Shown piece after piece: positions 44,492 through 60,722 of a stretch of 64,000 bases of DNA; position 1 is the stretch's first letter, and every line of letters starts with the position of its first letter. Made by a program: the position numbers and the translations under genes. Under the pieces are notes generated by a model, which was not told the origin of the DNA, searched no databases, and saw nothing but the letters and a program-made list of their open reading frames with translations. Where the stretch lies: assembly GCA_039096225.1 (NCBI GenBank), contig JBBPEB010000009.1:1550001-1614000 (forward strand). The letters are read 5' to 3'. The DNA is from Blastocystis sp. Blastoise. Lineage: Eukaryota; Protista; Bigyra: Opalinata.

Positions 44492-46678
44492 ATGAAATAT
44501 TTTTCGGTTCTATTGTTGCTTCCATTCATATGTGTTGGATTCTTTTATGTTTATACAAGGTAAATTTGTGTATCGATGTTTTCTTTATGCTATAAAATAG
44601 ATATACAAAAAAGAATGATTGGTTTATTGCTATCAAAAACAATGAGTCAGAAAAAGTATGTTGTTTATGATGTTTATTAACTTTTTAGATCGATAACATA
44701 CGTTTAACATTTAACCCGGAAGTGTTTTCTTTTAGTTTTGTGTCACAAATGACGTATATTCTTAATCTATTAATCTAAATTCATTTTTAGGGTAGAACGC
44801 TTGTGTTATTTTCCATATTTGATAAAAAGATGGAATGGGTAACTATATATATACTAATTTATATTGTAGTTTAAAATTTTATCATTTTTTTAATTTTATC
44901 ATTTTTTTTTATTATTTTTTAATTTTATCATTTTTTTTTAATAGTGATTTTTCAATTGCCGTTTATTTACCTGAAAAAAATGTTACAACATTTTGTGATT
45001 TTCAGAAACAGTCAAATTTACCTAGTTCTGTTCATTTTATAGAATATATAACAAAAAATACAACTATATATCCGATTAATAAATTAAGAAATATAGCAAT
45101 TAAAGGTTGTAAAACGACTCATTTCTGGTTAACTGATATTGATATGTGGCCTAGTAGTATATATAAATTATATTCTATTTATTATTTATAATTTATAATT
45201 ATTTTTTTATAATATTTAATATTATATTTGTTATATTTACGCAATATTGCGAATATTAATATATTAATGAAATTATTATCTTAAATTCATTATGTTTTTT
45301 TTAAGCAATATATACATAATATAATATCTTTATTATTTGAACCATAATTTTTATATTAAATAATATATATATATTCTTTTATATGTGTATCTACTCTTAT
45401 ATCTATTATAGCTACACTATATGCTTCTCTAATTACTCTTCCTTATTCTATATTATCTGATAATAAACAAGCTATTATTGTTCCTGCTTTTGAGTATCAT
45501 TTCCGTGAGGAATGTAATAGTTTTAGTAATTGCTCTTCGTTGTATATTGATTCATTATATATATAATTTATACTCAAAAGAAATATATTTTTTTTTCATA
45601 TTATAATAATGTTCATTTTATTATATTAAATATATTTTTATTATTTTATTTTCTTTATTATTATATGTATATATGAATTGTATATATTATATATATAGAG
45701 TAAATACTAGTCTACCCACCGATAAAGAAAGTTTACTTGATTGTATTAAAAAGTGGAATTGCGCTTCCTTTAGAAAACGACACATGACTCATGTATATAT
45801 ATTATTATTATGTTTATTATGTTTATTATATTTATTATATTTATTATATTTATTATATTTATTATATTTATTATGTTTATTATATTTATTATGTTTATTA
45901 TGTTTATTATATTTATTATGTTTATTATATTTATTATGTTTATTATATTTATTATGTTTATTATATTTATTATATTTATTATATTTATTGATTGTTTCAT
46001 CTTTATTATTCTACATATATATATATATAGACTTATTTATTTGATCAATGGTATTCTCCTTTATATCATAATCCAATTACTCCCGTTATATGCTTTCTGG
46101 GAAGCAAACAAGAACCGTATATATATATATATATATTATATTATATTTATTGATTACTATCATTAATTATATAAACTTTTTTATTATTATATTATATAAT
46201 GTTATTATTCTATAATATAATATATATATATAGTTATGTTGTATTGAAGAAAACTAATGATTTACCATTATTTAATGAAGAATTCATTAATTACGGTTGG
46301 AATAAGATACAATGGATAGAACATCTTAGATATACTGGTTATAACTTTTCTATTCTTTCAAATGCTTTTGGAATAGATGTTCCTCATCCTCGGTATATAT
46401 ATATATATATATATATAATACTGTATAAATAGTATTATACATATTTATATTTATATATTATTACTTTTATTATTATTATACTTATTATTATTATAACTTA
46501 TATTCATATTTTATAAATAAGAATATTATGATTTAACTATAGTACACAATTACGAACATCATATGAGAAGCGTGTGTCACAGAAAACAGAAGCAAAAGAA
46601 GACATGAAAATAATATATTCTCATTTTATTGAACAATTACATAAACAACCGGATAGAAGCATCACTAAAATATGCTAA
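44492..46678 (+). CDS. Glycosyltransferase family 49 (LARGE/B4GAT1-like), multi-exon
   Basis: YPINKLRNIAI..WLTDIDMWP (DxD), IIVPAFE, EPYVV, FINYGWNK, DVPH. Confidence 0.88.
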
Positions 46679-47223
46679 TTATACACTATTTTATTTATTT
46701 CATTGATTTCAATTTATGTATATATATTTTTTATATGGTTTTATAGATATCAAATATTATTCTATATTTTTTTTTTCATAGATTATTATTTTTCTACTTT
46801 AAATTTTCATTTATATTGTTTCTTTTATTCAATATTATGTAATTTTTTTCTGTTTCATATAAATTTATATTGATTTTCATTCAAACATCATTTAAACATT
46901 TTTATAATGTTTATTATTTCTATTGAATGTTTCTATTTATTTTCTCTTTTTTTTTTTAATTTTTTATGATGTTTACTAAATATTATATAATTAATTTCAT
47001 ATCTATATATCAATATAATCATATATTATAAACATCACTGTGATTTAAGAGAATTTATTACGAACCTTAAATTTCTATATAATCATTCTAATATCTGTTA
47101 TGTTGTACTTCTCTATTTAGTTAAAAATTAATGATCACCACTATATTGTTTAAAAAAGAACATTTAATTAAAGAACATAAAAAAAATATTATTTTTGTCT
47201 GAATATATTAAATAAACAAAGAT

Positions 47224-48522
47224 ATGCGATCCATTCAATTTTGGATTGCGTATTGCATTGTTCTCCTTCACTTTTATCTATATATAAAGTCATCCAACAA
47301 CAATATCCTTTTCAATACACCAGTATATATTGTTTATTCTTAAATAATACCTCGCTTTTGGTAATACGAAATATTTGTATTTGATGATTACTCTATTTAG
47401 AAAGCCATCGACCAACTATTTTTTCCATGTGCAGTTACAAATGAACATACTTCCAACAAAAATTTATGTCAGGTGTATTTATTTATTTATGTATTACGTC
47501 TGATAAAACAAATTGCAAATATATTATATAGATCTTCTCCTTTTCGGAAACCTTCGAAAGAAAAAGAAGTATTCGTCCAGAGTTTCTTAAAGAGTGAAGA
47601 TAGGAAAACTTTAAAGGAACGTATATGTTTATTTTTATAAGAAAAAGCTTAGAATCAATCAAATTATCATTCTTTTTATACTAAATTATATAATTTTGTT
47701 TATTTAAATATATATGTTTTCTTATATTCATTATTTATATATCATAAAAGTTTATTTATATGAATAGAACCAAAAAAGTCCTTGTTACATATTTCTCTCA
47801 ACCATTTATTTCGTAATGAAACGATTCTATCCCCTGAAAATATGAAATTACCGCGGTTATCCAATAATTCTAGACAATGTAGTAACATACAATCTTTAGA
47901 ATCATTTACAAAAAATTATACAAAAATATATAACAATAGATATCGTGATATATATTATAATAGTATATTATTATAATTATTATTTTATTTTATAATAATA
48001 TATATATACTATACTTTTTTTTATTATTTAAATAGTATTCTATATATTTAACGTATTTATTTTTTATTTAGACAAATATCGTTTTTTCCCTCGTGTTAAA
48101 ATAACTGAAATGAACTTTAGTGTATGTATATATCTATATTTATTTATTTGTTTATGCATATATTAAAAGCTTCATATTATATATATATATAGGAAGATTC
48201 CATGTAAATTATTATTATTAATAATACTAGTATTATTACTATATAGACCTTTATTAACATTAGCAGTAACGTTTGTCACAAGTGATGTATATATAGTGTT
48301 ATTTATTATGAATATATATTTAAAAATATTATATATATATATATTGTTTATATATACTTAGATCGATCAAAAGAAATGTATTCAAATGTCCACGTTGTCT
48401 CTATTAAAATCCTTTATCCCTTATATTATTCCTGTTGTATACACAAAAGATCCAATTTGGATTAATATATGTAAAGAACAAAAAATCAAATATTATACAG
48501 ATTTTAAGTAAATTTATATATT

Positions 48523-48568
<46 letters not shown>

Positions 48569-49153
48569 TTAGAACTAATTATTATGGAACTCCCATTTTT
48601 CCTACTATGATGTTAGATTTGGAACACAATTTCAAATCTACTTTTTATGGATATATAAATGGAGATATATTATTACATAGTCGTATTCTATATACATTAA
48701 TGTATATAAAGCAACTTATAAACAGTCATAAAATTAAAGATAAAGTATTATATATATATTACTATTATTATTATAAATTTGTATTATATTTTTTATTCTC
48801 ATTTTTCATTATAATTTTATTTATGATTAATATAGAATTTATTATATTTATGCTTATTATCATATTTATTATTATATTTATATATACATTAATATACCCT
48901 ATATATTTTATTATGTAAATCTTCATTATATATTACTAAATATTAATGTGTAGGTATTTCTCAGTGGTCGTCGAATAAACGTTCCTTTCGCGAAACTGTC
49001 TCCATTACCTTGGTCACTCTATAAACGAGATATATATTTAGAAGATTTAGCTTTTGACAATAATTTCTTTTATAGTTATGCATTAGTATATTTATATTAT
49101 TATTATTATTCTTATTATTATTATATTTATTATTATTATATTTATTATTATTA

Positions 49154-49236
<83 letters not shown>

Positions 49237-49762
49237 AATTCTTTTTCATTTTTTTTATATATTATTTTAGTTTTAAAAATTTAATTACTATATTTTACTA
49301 TATATAGGATTATTTTATATTTACTCCTAGTACATTTCTGTGGTCCGAAATGAAGCCAGTTGTTATAGGAAGACCCTCAATAGATAATTATTTAGTACAA
49401 TATGCTAATACAAGAAGTAGTACTATAGATAGCTTTGATAGCACAAATACAAGTATATAGATATTATTATTATTATTATGTTTAATATCATTATCATTTA
49501 GTTTATTTAATCTGTTAATATTATTATTTGTATAATCTTTATTATGCTTATAGTATACGTTAATATTATTATTATTATTATTACAATTAAAGAATAATCA
49601 TTATTATGTTTATTATTATAGTTCTATGTATTCATCAGACAGGCGATGACGGTAATTTAGCGGGTCACCTACCCAAGAAAGACCAACAGTGGAATCGTAA
49701 AATGATATCAGATATTTCTCAGGATGGAACTGTTGAGTTATCTATGTATATACTAAGTATAT

Positions 49763-49800
<38 letters not shown>

Positions 49801-50809
49801 TCAACTATAGACATATTTTTTATTCATTATATATATATAGCTTATACTCATGATCATACATTTTATTTATTCCCGCAATTATATTCCTATAAAATTCCTT
49901 ATGGTGATTTATATTCTGAAGATGATTATCATTTCTTTTCCGTTTATATTCCTCAGCGCGGGAAACGCTGTTTATTTATTGGAGAAGGGGTTTTGGCGGG
50001 AAGTCTGACACATTTATGTGAATATACTGAAGCAGTTTTACTTATCGATCAATTAAATATGTATATATTTATTAGACTTTATATTCTGATGTATATTATA
50101 ATAATTATTATTATACTACTTATATTACTATTATTATTGTATAGTAAAAGTCCATTGCAGCTAGATCCAGTGAAGCACGTAAATATAACTTATATACACA
50201 AACCCTATAAAAAGTATTTATTAAAATAATATTTCATAAATATAATTATTTATCTTTTTTTTTATTTATCATTATTATTATTATTCATTATTACATAATA
50301 ATCATATATATAAATAGTGTTTTATACCCAAGTTTAGAAGTTTCTAATGATTTTGAAAATTATGCTTTGGCGGTAAGACAATTACCTGGAAAATTTGATA
50401 CTGTTATTTTAGATGGACGAGTGCAGTTATTCATGTTTATGAGTGTATATATATATATATTATTATTGTTGATATATTTATAAATATTATTATTATTTTT
50501 TTTTTATTATGAAAGGTTATATAAATATATGTATTTATAAGAATATCTTAAAGTTTATAAATCAATTTAAATAATACTTATATATATAGATACAAAGTAA
50601 ATTAGAAAATGATGCTTATATATTTATACATGATTGGAATGTATACGCTTATTCTTTTCAATCAGTTATACATAATTTCGATATTATTCAAATGTATATA
50701 TATATAATTATTATTATTATTATTATTATTATTTTATAGCCTTAAAACTCGTCATTATCCCGCGGGAAACTTACATCCTGGATTAGCTTTATTACAAGTA
50801 GCGTCTTAA
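47224..50809 (+). CDS. Type II membrane GT-A-like protein with a possible C-terminal methyltransferase-like domain, multi-exon
   Basis: N-terminal TM; YGYINGDILL, GRR, DYFIF, IGRPSIDNYL, IHQ; C-terminal FDTVILDGR and YIFIHDW. Confidence 0.6.
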
Positions 50810-51838
50810 TTTCTTTTTAATATTCATTTATTAAAATATTTTCTTGTTCAATAGTATATTTTCTTATTTCTTGTTCTCTAATCTATTTTTTAAATACTAT
50901 TATAGTGTAATTCTATTAGTTTTCTCTGTTAGTTGTGAATCCCTCTTTTTTATCACTTCTACAATTAAGCATTTATTCTCATTTGATTTATTATTGACTT
51001 ATAGTGCCTGTTTAAATTTTTAATGTTGTTTATTCCACTTTTCTACGTCCAAAAATCATATTCTATATTGTTTTTCATCTTAAATTTCACATATATGTAA
51101 TTCGCGTTTATTATATATCAAATGCGCATCAACTATATCATATATTAATAACAGAAAATAAGCATAAAAGTTCATCAAACAAAATATTTCTCATTTTCTT
51201 CAAATAATTGTTCTTCTTTTTATCTTATTACATCAATTTTTTCTTTTATTCATATTATATTCTATTCAAATCAAGAATAAGATGAAAACAAAAGAAAAAT
51301 GAAAACAATAGAAAAAGAATTCTTTTCATTCGAGTCAGTTTAAAATTGGGGAATTTATGTCAGAGAGAAATGATAGAAAACCGTGGTTTTTCTGAATCAT
51401 TTTTATTCTTACTATTCTACGAATTCGATTAGAAAAGAGGGGATAAAGAAAGAATAAAAAAATAGTTTCTTCTGTTTTGGATGTCTATACATAAATATCT
51501 TTCTCGATTTATTATAATTCGTATGACTCATTGGATTAAATATGCACTGAGATAACAAGAAATCATTTAATTCATTTCCTATTATGTAAAAGGAGAAGAA
51601 AAATAAATGATTTTTTATAAGCATCCAAAAAGAGAATACAAATCGAATGCAAGAAGTTTTCCACTTTTTCTAATCGAATTATTTTCATTCTTTCTCTAGA
51701 AAGTTTCGACATTTTCACGGTTATTTATCTCGAAAAGTTTCTCCAATAATTATTCTTTTTGTAAACGTTTTTAAGTTGGCAAAGGTTTCTTTATAGATTT
51801 CACATTCATTCCAAGTATTATTGAGTTTTTTATTTTGT

Positions 51839-53077
51839 ATGATGACAAGACAGAATACGTCGTTGTACACTCCACCAACAAATCACTCCGTTTTTGGTAC
51901 ATTTTCAAAAATAGTTATTCATTATATGTGTATAGGGACTTTTGTAAGTAAATTCTTCTTTGGTGGAATGTCAGGAGCAGTTTCGAAGACTGTTTGTGCC
52001 CCTTTCTCTCGACTAACAGTTTTATTAGAAACAAGTGTTACTCTTCCAAGTAGTTGTTATTCAAGTCAAATGGTTTCGAAGCAAAGCAAGATTGTAGGAA
52101 CTATGAAAAATATTTATACGAAAGAAGGTATATAAAGTCAATTTATTGTTCTGTCTTTTTTTATTATTATTATTTCTTGCTATTTTGAATAATCAATATT
52201 ATTATCGAACAATGTTTATTCTTTATATGAATGTAATTTTATTGAAATCATTATAATCTTCTTGAAAAGAATATATACATATATATATATTTTCAACCCA
52301 TTATGAACTATTCATCATTTTTTTATATTATAATATATCATATATATATAAATTCAATTTTATTATCCTTATATACTATACCTATAAATAGGATTAAAAG
52401 GTTTTTTTCGAGGTAATCTTGTAGATATAATGAAAGGTTTTCCTTATTCTGCAGTTTCTTATTGTTCTTATGAATTCTTTTCTTATGCAATTGATCCACA
52501 TTTACATGGAAAATATCGAAAAATGAAAAGTCGATTTTTATCAGGTGCTTTTGCAGGTATGTGCTCTGTTTCTGTAACGTATCCAATCGATTTATTTCGT
52601 ACACAATTATATGTAAGTAAAACAGGAAAAATATCCGAAGTATATTATAATTCAATGAATGCTTTTCGAAAATATGGTATTTCTGCTTTTTATAGAGGAT
52701 TATTTGTATGTATATTAGCTATTATGCCCAATATGGCAATTAATTTCACTTCTTATGAATATTACCGTGAATTTTTATCGAAACATACAAATATCCCTGT
52801 GTGGCTACATGGTATATTATGTGGAATGTGTAGTAGTGTTACTGCTAATACTATTACTTATCCTCTACATATGATTCAAAGAAATCTACAAGTAGATGGA
52901 TTATATAATAATAATAGACAATATCATAATATTAAATTATGTATTGAACATATATATAAATCAAATGGGATTAAAGGATTCTATTATGGATTATTACCTC
53001 AATATCTTAAAGCTATACCAAAATCTGCTTGCTCATTTGCTATTTATGAAAAATTAAAAGAAATATTTAAAATGTAA
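51839..53077 (+). CDS. Mitochondrial carrier family (SLC25) protein
   Basis: Three repeats with Px[DE]-type motifs (APFSRL, YPIDLFRTQL, YPLHMIQRNL); GIKGFYYGL. Confidence 0.92.
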
Positions 53078-53899
53078 ATAAATATAAAGTTTTATTTATG
53101 TATAATATATTTGGAGATAGTCATAAAATTAATATTTATAATATTGATTTTTCTTTTAATATATATATATTCTACATATATATAATGTATTCTATAAATA
53201 TATATTTCTGGGTTATTTTAATATATATATATATAAACTTATTATTAATACTTTTCATATATATTTGTATGCTTTTTTTATTGTTTTTCTCTTTTTGTTT
53301 TTTATTCTGTTTTTCTAATACATTTTTGTATGTTAAATATCTTTTTCATTTTCACTTTTCTAATAAATATCGAATATAAATAAATATTAATATATTCATT
53401 TATATATTCGATCTATTAAAAATACTTTATATTTATTCGCAAAGTATCTTTTTTCTCCTTTTATTTAAGTTTCTTCGTTTGCTTTCTTTTGTGCATTATT
53501 TCACTTGGTTTCATTTTTATTTTATTGTTATGTTTCATAATTAGTTTTTTTTTATTATATATTATCATATAATAAATAAAAATAATTGTTATGAAAAAGC
53601 TAAAACAAAAAATATATTCATATTGACATAAAGATAAACGTGATTAGTTTTTTTTTTCTAATAAAAAAGGATAGAATAAGAAATAAAAAGAAAAATAAAA
53701 TATTCTTAATTAAACGAATAAAATGAATCATGTTATTATATATACATATAAGTGAAAATATTCATTTAATTATGATTGAATATCCTAATAACAATTTTAT
53801 GTTATTATATATATGTATATATAAAAAATATAAAAAACAAAAATAAAAAAAAAAGAATAAAATATTCATATATTTATATAGAGCTATTAATGTATACAT

Positions 53900-54437
53900 T
53901 TATTTAGTTATAAGTTCAAATGTTCCAGGTTCTAAATATTTAAATGGTCGATTTTCCACGGGAAGTTGATCTGAATAATCAGTAAATGGCGGGATATCTG
54001 GTTCATCCAATAGATTTCTAATCATATGAATTATTTGAGAAAGAGAAGTATGTTTATGATCTCGAATAGTAACTGTATCTATTGTCATAAAATTATCATT
54101 CTTTTTACTTGTCACGTGAATTGGTAATAAAGGTGAAGTTTCTGTCTATATATATATAATGTATATGTATTATGTATTTATATATTATAATATATTTATT
54201 ATGTATTTATTATTATTATTATTATTATATATATATACTTCTTGTTCTTTAATGTGTTGTTTAATAGTTTTATTTTGTGAATATACAATAAAGGTATTCA
54301 TAGTGAATTTTGTCTATTTATATATATATATTCTTAGATAAGATATTATATATATATATATACAATCCAAATAATCATCGGTATTTCACCAATATACATA
54401 ATAATATTGTATATATATTAAGGATATATATAATGAA

Positions 54438-54511
<74 letters not shown>

Positions 54512-54758
54512 GGATATAGCCAAAAGATGTCCAAAGTTATTTATATATAATAAAAATATAAATAAAATCTCCAGAACAAATCCACCTAAAGCAACATATC
54601 CCTTATATATATAAATAATAATAATAATTATTATTATATATTATATATATTAAACACTGTTATATATTTATTAATATTATTATTACTATATACTTATATG
54701 CCAATTGTTTAAATCGACTATTAATCCAGTCTTGAGCAACATATATCGTATATATAGC

Positions 54759-54801
<43 letters not shown>

Positions 54802-54968
54802 AGGAATAAGAGGAATGAGGTATAACAGACTTCGCGAATAATTATATGATAACTATATATATATATATTATTATTATTATTATTATTAATATATACAGGG
54901 AAATAATTGGCAATAGTGTCCCAAGTGATAAACGAAAGAACAATAATATCCAAATAACAAGATAAACA

Positions 54969-55003
<35 letters not shown>

Positions 55004-55097
55004 AGAATAAAAATGAATTAGTATATATATATTATATACGTTGTTATCAATATCTTTATAAACCATTTCATATTTCGAGCTCCAATACACATATTTA

Positions 55098-55177
<80 letters not shown>

Positions 55178-56081
55178 ATAAAATAGTTTATTATATTAAT
55201 TATATGTCTATATACATGCAATGATGATCAAACTTATAAACACAATTATCACAAAGTGAACAATGAGATACTAACGGTGATCTATATATATATAATAATA
55301 ATAATAATAAATTATTATTATATATATACCTATATATATGACATGTACGGCACCATTTTATATTAAATGATTCAGTTGGAGTATTATATTTCTATATATA
55401 TATATATATATAGTATATCACAAATAATATAATATTCTATATATAATCTCTCATTCAATAAATAAACATATAAATATATATAATATACATATATATATCT
55501 CATTTAATAAATAAATATATAATATATATATTTTATTCAAATAATATAATTATGTATATAATATCTTATTCAATAAATAAATATATATAATATATACTAT
55601 ATCACAAATAATATATATATATATATACTAACATAGGAATAGGTTGTTGTCCTTCTTGAACTTCAGGAGCAGGATCTCGTTTTAATATACCTGGATCCGC
55701 TATATATACATATATATATTCGTTAATATATAAATAATAATCAATTGTATTCTTTGAATTTACTTGTGAATCCTTTGAAAACTACATAAGCATGATAAAG
55801 AAGTATAAATGTATATAAAAACCAAACGGAAACCAACCATGGTTCCCAGTTCATTCGCATAGCAACTTCCAAAAACACTAAACATTCTATAAACTAATTA
55901 GATAAAAAATATACAAACAGTCATAGCAACAAATCGAAATCCTATAAGAACAGGGACACAATTCGAAATTGTGGCCGTCTCTGCAGGTCCCAGAATGTAT
56001 TTCCCATTCTTGTATACCCTGCACTTTCCAATCTATAACAGCATAGACTAATAATGGAATGATGATCCATACTGAAGACAT
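53900..56081 (-). CDS. DHHC palmitoyltransferase, multi-exon
   Basis: DPGIL; [35 protein letters not shown]. Confidence 0.92.
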
Positions 56082-56524
56082 ATTTTTTTCTTTCTAATTC
56101 AATTCAACGTATTTCGATAATAAATTAATATGCCGATATACCACTATATCCGAAATAAATCGCTACTGTACTTTTGTTTATATTTAAAAAAATATTTTCA
56201 TACTAATTCAGTTATACACTAATATGAGTTTTATTTAATTTCAGAAATCCTAAAGAATTTCTAATTAAAAATTTGAAATTTCCATGAAATAATGTCATTT
56301 TACAGTGAAACACTCATTATTCTCAAAGAATTAAAAAATGTTCTTCAAGTTTTATTGATTTTGAACCATAATAACCTCATTCATATGTTATAAGATAAAA
56401 TATTCAAATAAATTCAAATTAACATCATTAAAGTGTGAAATAAAGAAATAAAGAAATAAATCATAGTGAAATCATGTGACACATGAACTAATTGTATAAC
56501 GAAGTAGTAAACACAAACTATCAA

Positions 56525-56597
56525 GCGGGTTTAGCTCAGATGGAAGAGCGTAGGTCTCATAATCCTAAGGTCGTGAGTTCGATCCTCACAACCCGCA
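56525..56597 (+). tRNA. tRNA-Met(CAT), elongator type
   Basis: GCGGGTT/AACCCGC acceptor stem, CTCATAA anticodon loop, TTCGATC T-loop. Confidence 0.95.
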
Positions 56598-57074
56598 CAT
56601 TTTTTTCATTAAATTTTTTTTTTGTTTTTATTATTTTATATATATTTCGTTAGTTTATAATTTGAGCCATTTCTTTTATTTGTAAACAGATAAAGGTATG
56701 AAAGTAAAGTAATTTTAAACACATATCAACAGCCATCGCCCTTAATAAATATTCTTTTATTCTAGATGGTCTTTAAAATGCCACAATTAAATTGCTCATT
56801 ATCATTTACAATTTGATTCTTAAATATTTAAAGTGGAAAGTTGTGAAGATTGTCAATGTAGAGAATTTCTCAAATACAAATTCAGTATAAATCAATATAG
56901 ATAATTAAATAAGGAATCAAAGAATTATTTTCACATAAATAAGTAGAAAAAATGAAATTAAAATAGGCAAGAAACGAAATCTTCGTCTTCGTTTTTGTCA
57001 TATGAACAGAGATATTATTCTTGTTAACTCATAAATATATTATATATTATTTTTCATATAAATTAGTAAAAATA

Positions 57075-58342
57075 ATGAAAAAGGTGACAGTAGGTGCTAT
57101 TCAATTCACTTGCTCGTAACTACTATTTTGTCAAATTATTTTATCTTTTTAGTGATGATTATGATGAGAATATTCGACATGCTTCTTCATTAATACAAGA
57201 AGCTGTCTCTAAAGGAGCTCAAATCGTGTTGTTACCTGAATTGTTTACAAATATCTATTTTTGTAAAGTATTTTTTTTAGTATTATTATTCATTCATTAT
57301 AATATATATTTAGGATAGAGACGTGAAGTATTTTGAATTGGCAGAAGAAGTTCCAGATAGTAAAACAATTAAATACTTTCAAAAACTTGCCAAAGAATTA
57401 AAAGTCGTATTACCAATAAGTTTTTTTGAGAAATCGAATCAAGTTTATTATAACTCATTAGCAGTATATTCATCTATGTTATTATCATTATATTCTTATT
57501 CCCGTGATTATTCAGGTTATTGATGCCGATGGTACTCTTATAGGTATATATAGAAAAACACATATTCCTGGAGCACCTGGATATAGAGTATGTATATTAT
57601 TATGTTTATAATATTTATTATGTTTATTATGTTTATTATATTTATTATTATGTTTATTATGTTTATTATATTTATTATTATGTTTATTATTATTATTATA
57701 TAGGAGAAGTTTTATTTTGCTCCTGGAGATACGGGTTTTAAAGTGTTTCATACGCAATATGCAAATATAGGTATATATTAATATACTTATTATTATCATA
57801 CTACCTATAATTATATTGATACTATTTATTTATATCATTATATTTTTGATACCTGTTTCAATAACTATTACAAGTATATATATATATATATATAGGGATA
57901 GGTATCTGTTGGGATCAATGGTTCCCAGAAAGCGCGCGTATTCTTGCCATTGGCGGGGCTGAACTCATATGTATATATCATTATTATTATATACTTATTA
58001 TTATGATGTTTATTGCTAATAGTATATGTATTATTATCGTATTTTATTTTTATCGTATTTTATTTTTATCTTCTTCTATTATTATACTTCTTCTATTATT
58101 ATCTTCTTCTATTATTATCTTCTTCTATTATTATCTTCTTCTATTATTATGCTTATTCTATTATTATCTTCTTCTATTATTATCTTCTTCTATTATTATC
58201 TTCTTCTATTATTATACTTCTTCTATTATTATACTTATTCCACATATTCTCTAGTCTATCCCACGTGCTTAGGGAGTAGTATCCAACACCCCGAAGTGGA
58301 TTATAGAACTCGATGGAGACGCGTCATGCAAGGACATGCTGT

Positions 58343-58422
<80 letters not shown>

Positions 58423-59014
58423 ATTATTTTTGGCTTTCATTTATATATATTACTTGTGTATAGATATCTCAATAATAATAAGAATAAATCATATAATAAT
58501 AATAATTAATTATATAATAATAATAATAAATCATATAATAATAATTAATTATATAATAATAAATCATATAATAATAATAATAATATAGGCTAATATTATA
58601 CCTGTGATTGCCGCCAATCGAATTGGGCGCGAAACTAGTCCCTTATGCACTATGGACTTTTTCGGTATATATATTACTAATACTAATACTAATATATATA
58701 TATAGGTACTTCTTTTATTTGTAATGAGATTGGAGATATATTGGAAGATGCAGGTATATAATAATAATAACTATATATATATATATAGTTGATAAGAATG
58801 ATTGTGTTATCGTACATGAGTTTAATTTAACGGAAATAAACAGTCTTCGTGACGAAATGGGTCAATTCAGGTATTTATATATATATATTATATTATTATA
58901 TTTCATTTATATCTATTATTAATAATACTATATTCTTTATATATATATAGAGATCGTCGTCCGAATTTATATACTTCTCTAACAACTCTTGATGGACGAA
59001 ATGAATATTGTTAA
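57075..59014 (+). CDS. aguB: N-carbamoylputrescine amidase (nitrilase superfamily), multi-exon
   Basis: LLPELF (E), YRKTHIP (K), GICWDQWFPE (C), EKFYFAPGDTGF, VMQGHA, AANRIG. Confidence 0.9.
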
Positions 59015-59330
59015 ATATATATATATATATAGTCTTTTATACTAGCAAATAATACTTTCTTCAATTGATTATCTATTACTGTAATCATAATAAATATATA
59101 ATAAAAACAGTTGTTTTCTAAAAGTAATTTATTTGATTATATAATCACATAAAGCAATTAATTTCTATATTGATAAGAAATATAACTCATTATAAAGACA
59201 ATAACAACAATATTATATATTCATAAAAACAAAAATACATTTATATACAAACAGCCCCAAAATAATAAAATTAAATAAAAAAAATTTAATTTAAAAAAAG
59301 AAAAAAAATATAAATATATAATGAAATAAA

Positions 59331-59487
59331 TTAAACAAACTTCTTTTTTCCTTTGATTTGATCTTTAATATTTCTTTTTGCATTAAATTTAGAAAATATA
59401 TCAGATCGATTCATATTCTTTGATTTTATATTAATAGACGTTGTATTCTCTTTACCCACAAATACTTTCTGCTTTAATTCCACAATT

Positions 59488-59523
<36 letters not shown>

Positions 59524-60672
59524 TATGGAATAAAATAATGATTTAAACAAAAAGTATTATATATATTTATATAATAAGTAGGAGACAATTATATATACCT
59601 TTAATTTCAGGATGTTCTAAGAATATCGATAAAACTTCTTTTGTCCAATTAGGATTCATTGTTAATATAGAAGGAGAAAAAGAAGTATTTTTATCATTAT
59701 CATTATTAGTATTACTATTATTAGTAGTAGTAGTAGCATCTATATTCGTATCTTTATTTATATTCGTATCTTTATTCTTATCTATATCCGTATCTTTATT
59801 TATATTATTATCTATATTTGCATCTTTATTTTTATTTATATCCGTATCTTTACTTTTATCTATATCCATATCTATATTTGTATCTATATGTACTTTTTGT
59901 TCAAGAGGAATACTCAAATCGATATCTATATCGTTATTATCTTTTGTATTATTACTATCATTCTTTATACTACTCTCTTTTATATCATTATTTACTTGAT
60001 TATCCTTATTTATTTCTTCAATAGTTACTTTATTTAGTTTATTATTTGAATCTTCCATATTATTATTACTATTATTATTACTATTAGCCGATATAATTGG
60101 GTTATTATTATTCACTATTTCTATAGGAGTCACATCATTTGATAACGAAGATATGGACTCATTAATTGTGTTTTTGTGTTCTGTGATACTATTCTTTAAA
60201 AGCGTATCTTTTGATTTAATGAAATCCTCAATAGATATGCCTTCATTATGATTAATATCCTTTATATATATACCTTTCTCTTTCTCCTTTTCATCCTCTT
60301 TCTTCTCTCCTTCTTTCTCTTCTTCATTCCGATATATACTATTTTCAATGGATTTATTCTTATCTATAATATCTTCTTGATTCATTTCCGTGGGAATATT
60401 CACATCATTGACATCATTTACATCCTTATCCCCGTGGGAATCGTCTTCTACTTGTAATAACTTCATTTTCTCTTCATATTCTTGTTGTCTCTTTAATTTA
60501 GCTTCCTTTTTCACTTTCATATAATCAAGATATTCGCGGTTATTTTCAATCCATTCTCCAATACCAATAAATTCTGCAGTATTCTTATGAGTTCGTTTAT
60601 AAAGTGCCACATAATCGTGGTTATTTAATGACGGTATATATACATGAGGAGGATCAGTATATAGAATTAAGG

Positions 60673-60722
<50 letters not shown>

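Noticed and set aside
45770-46166. Ile/Tyr/Asn-repeat ORFs here and at 42003, 54310, 55018, 58003-58588 and similar
   Set aside because: Translations of intronic microsatellites.
51690-51750. HSE-like bases upstream of the host mitochondrial carrier
   Set aside because: GAA/TTC triplets are not on a continuous 5-bp grid.
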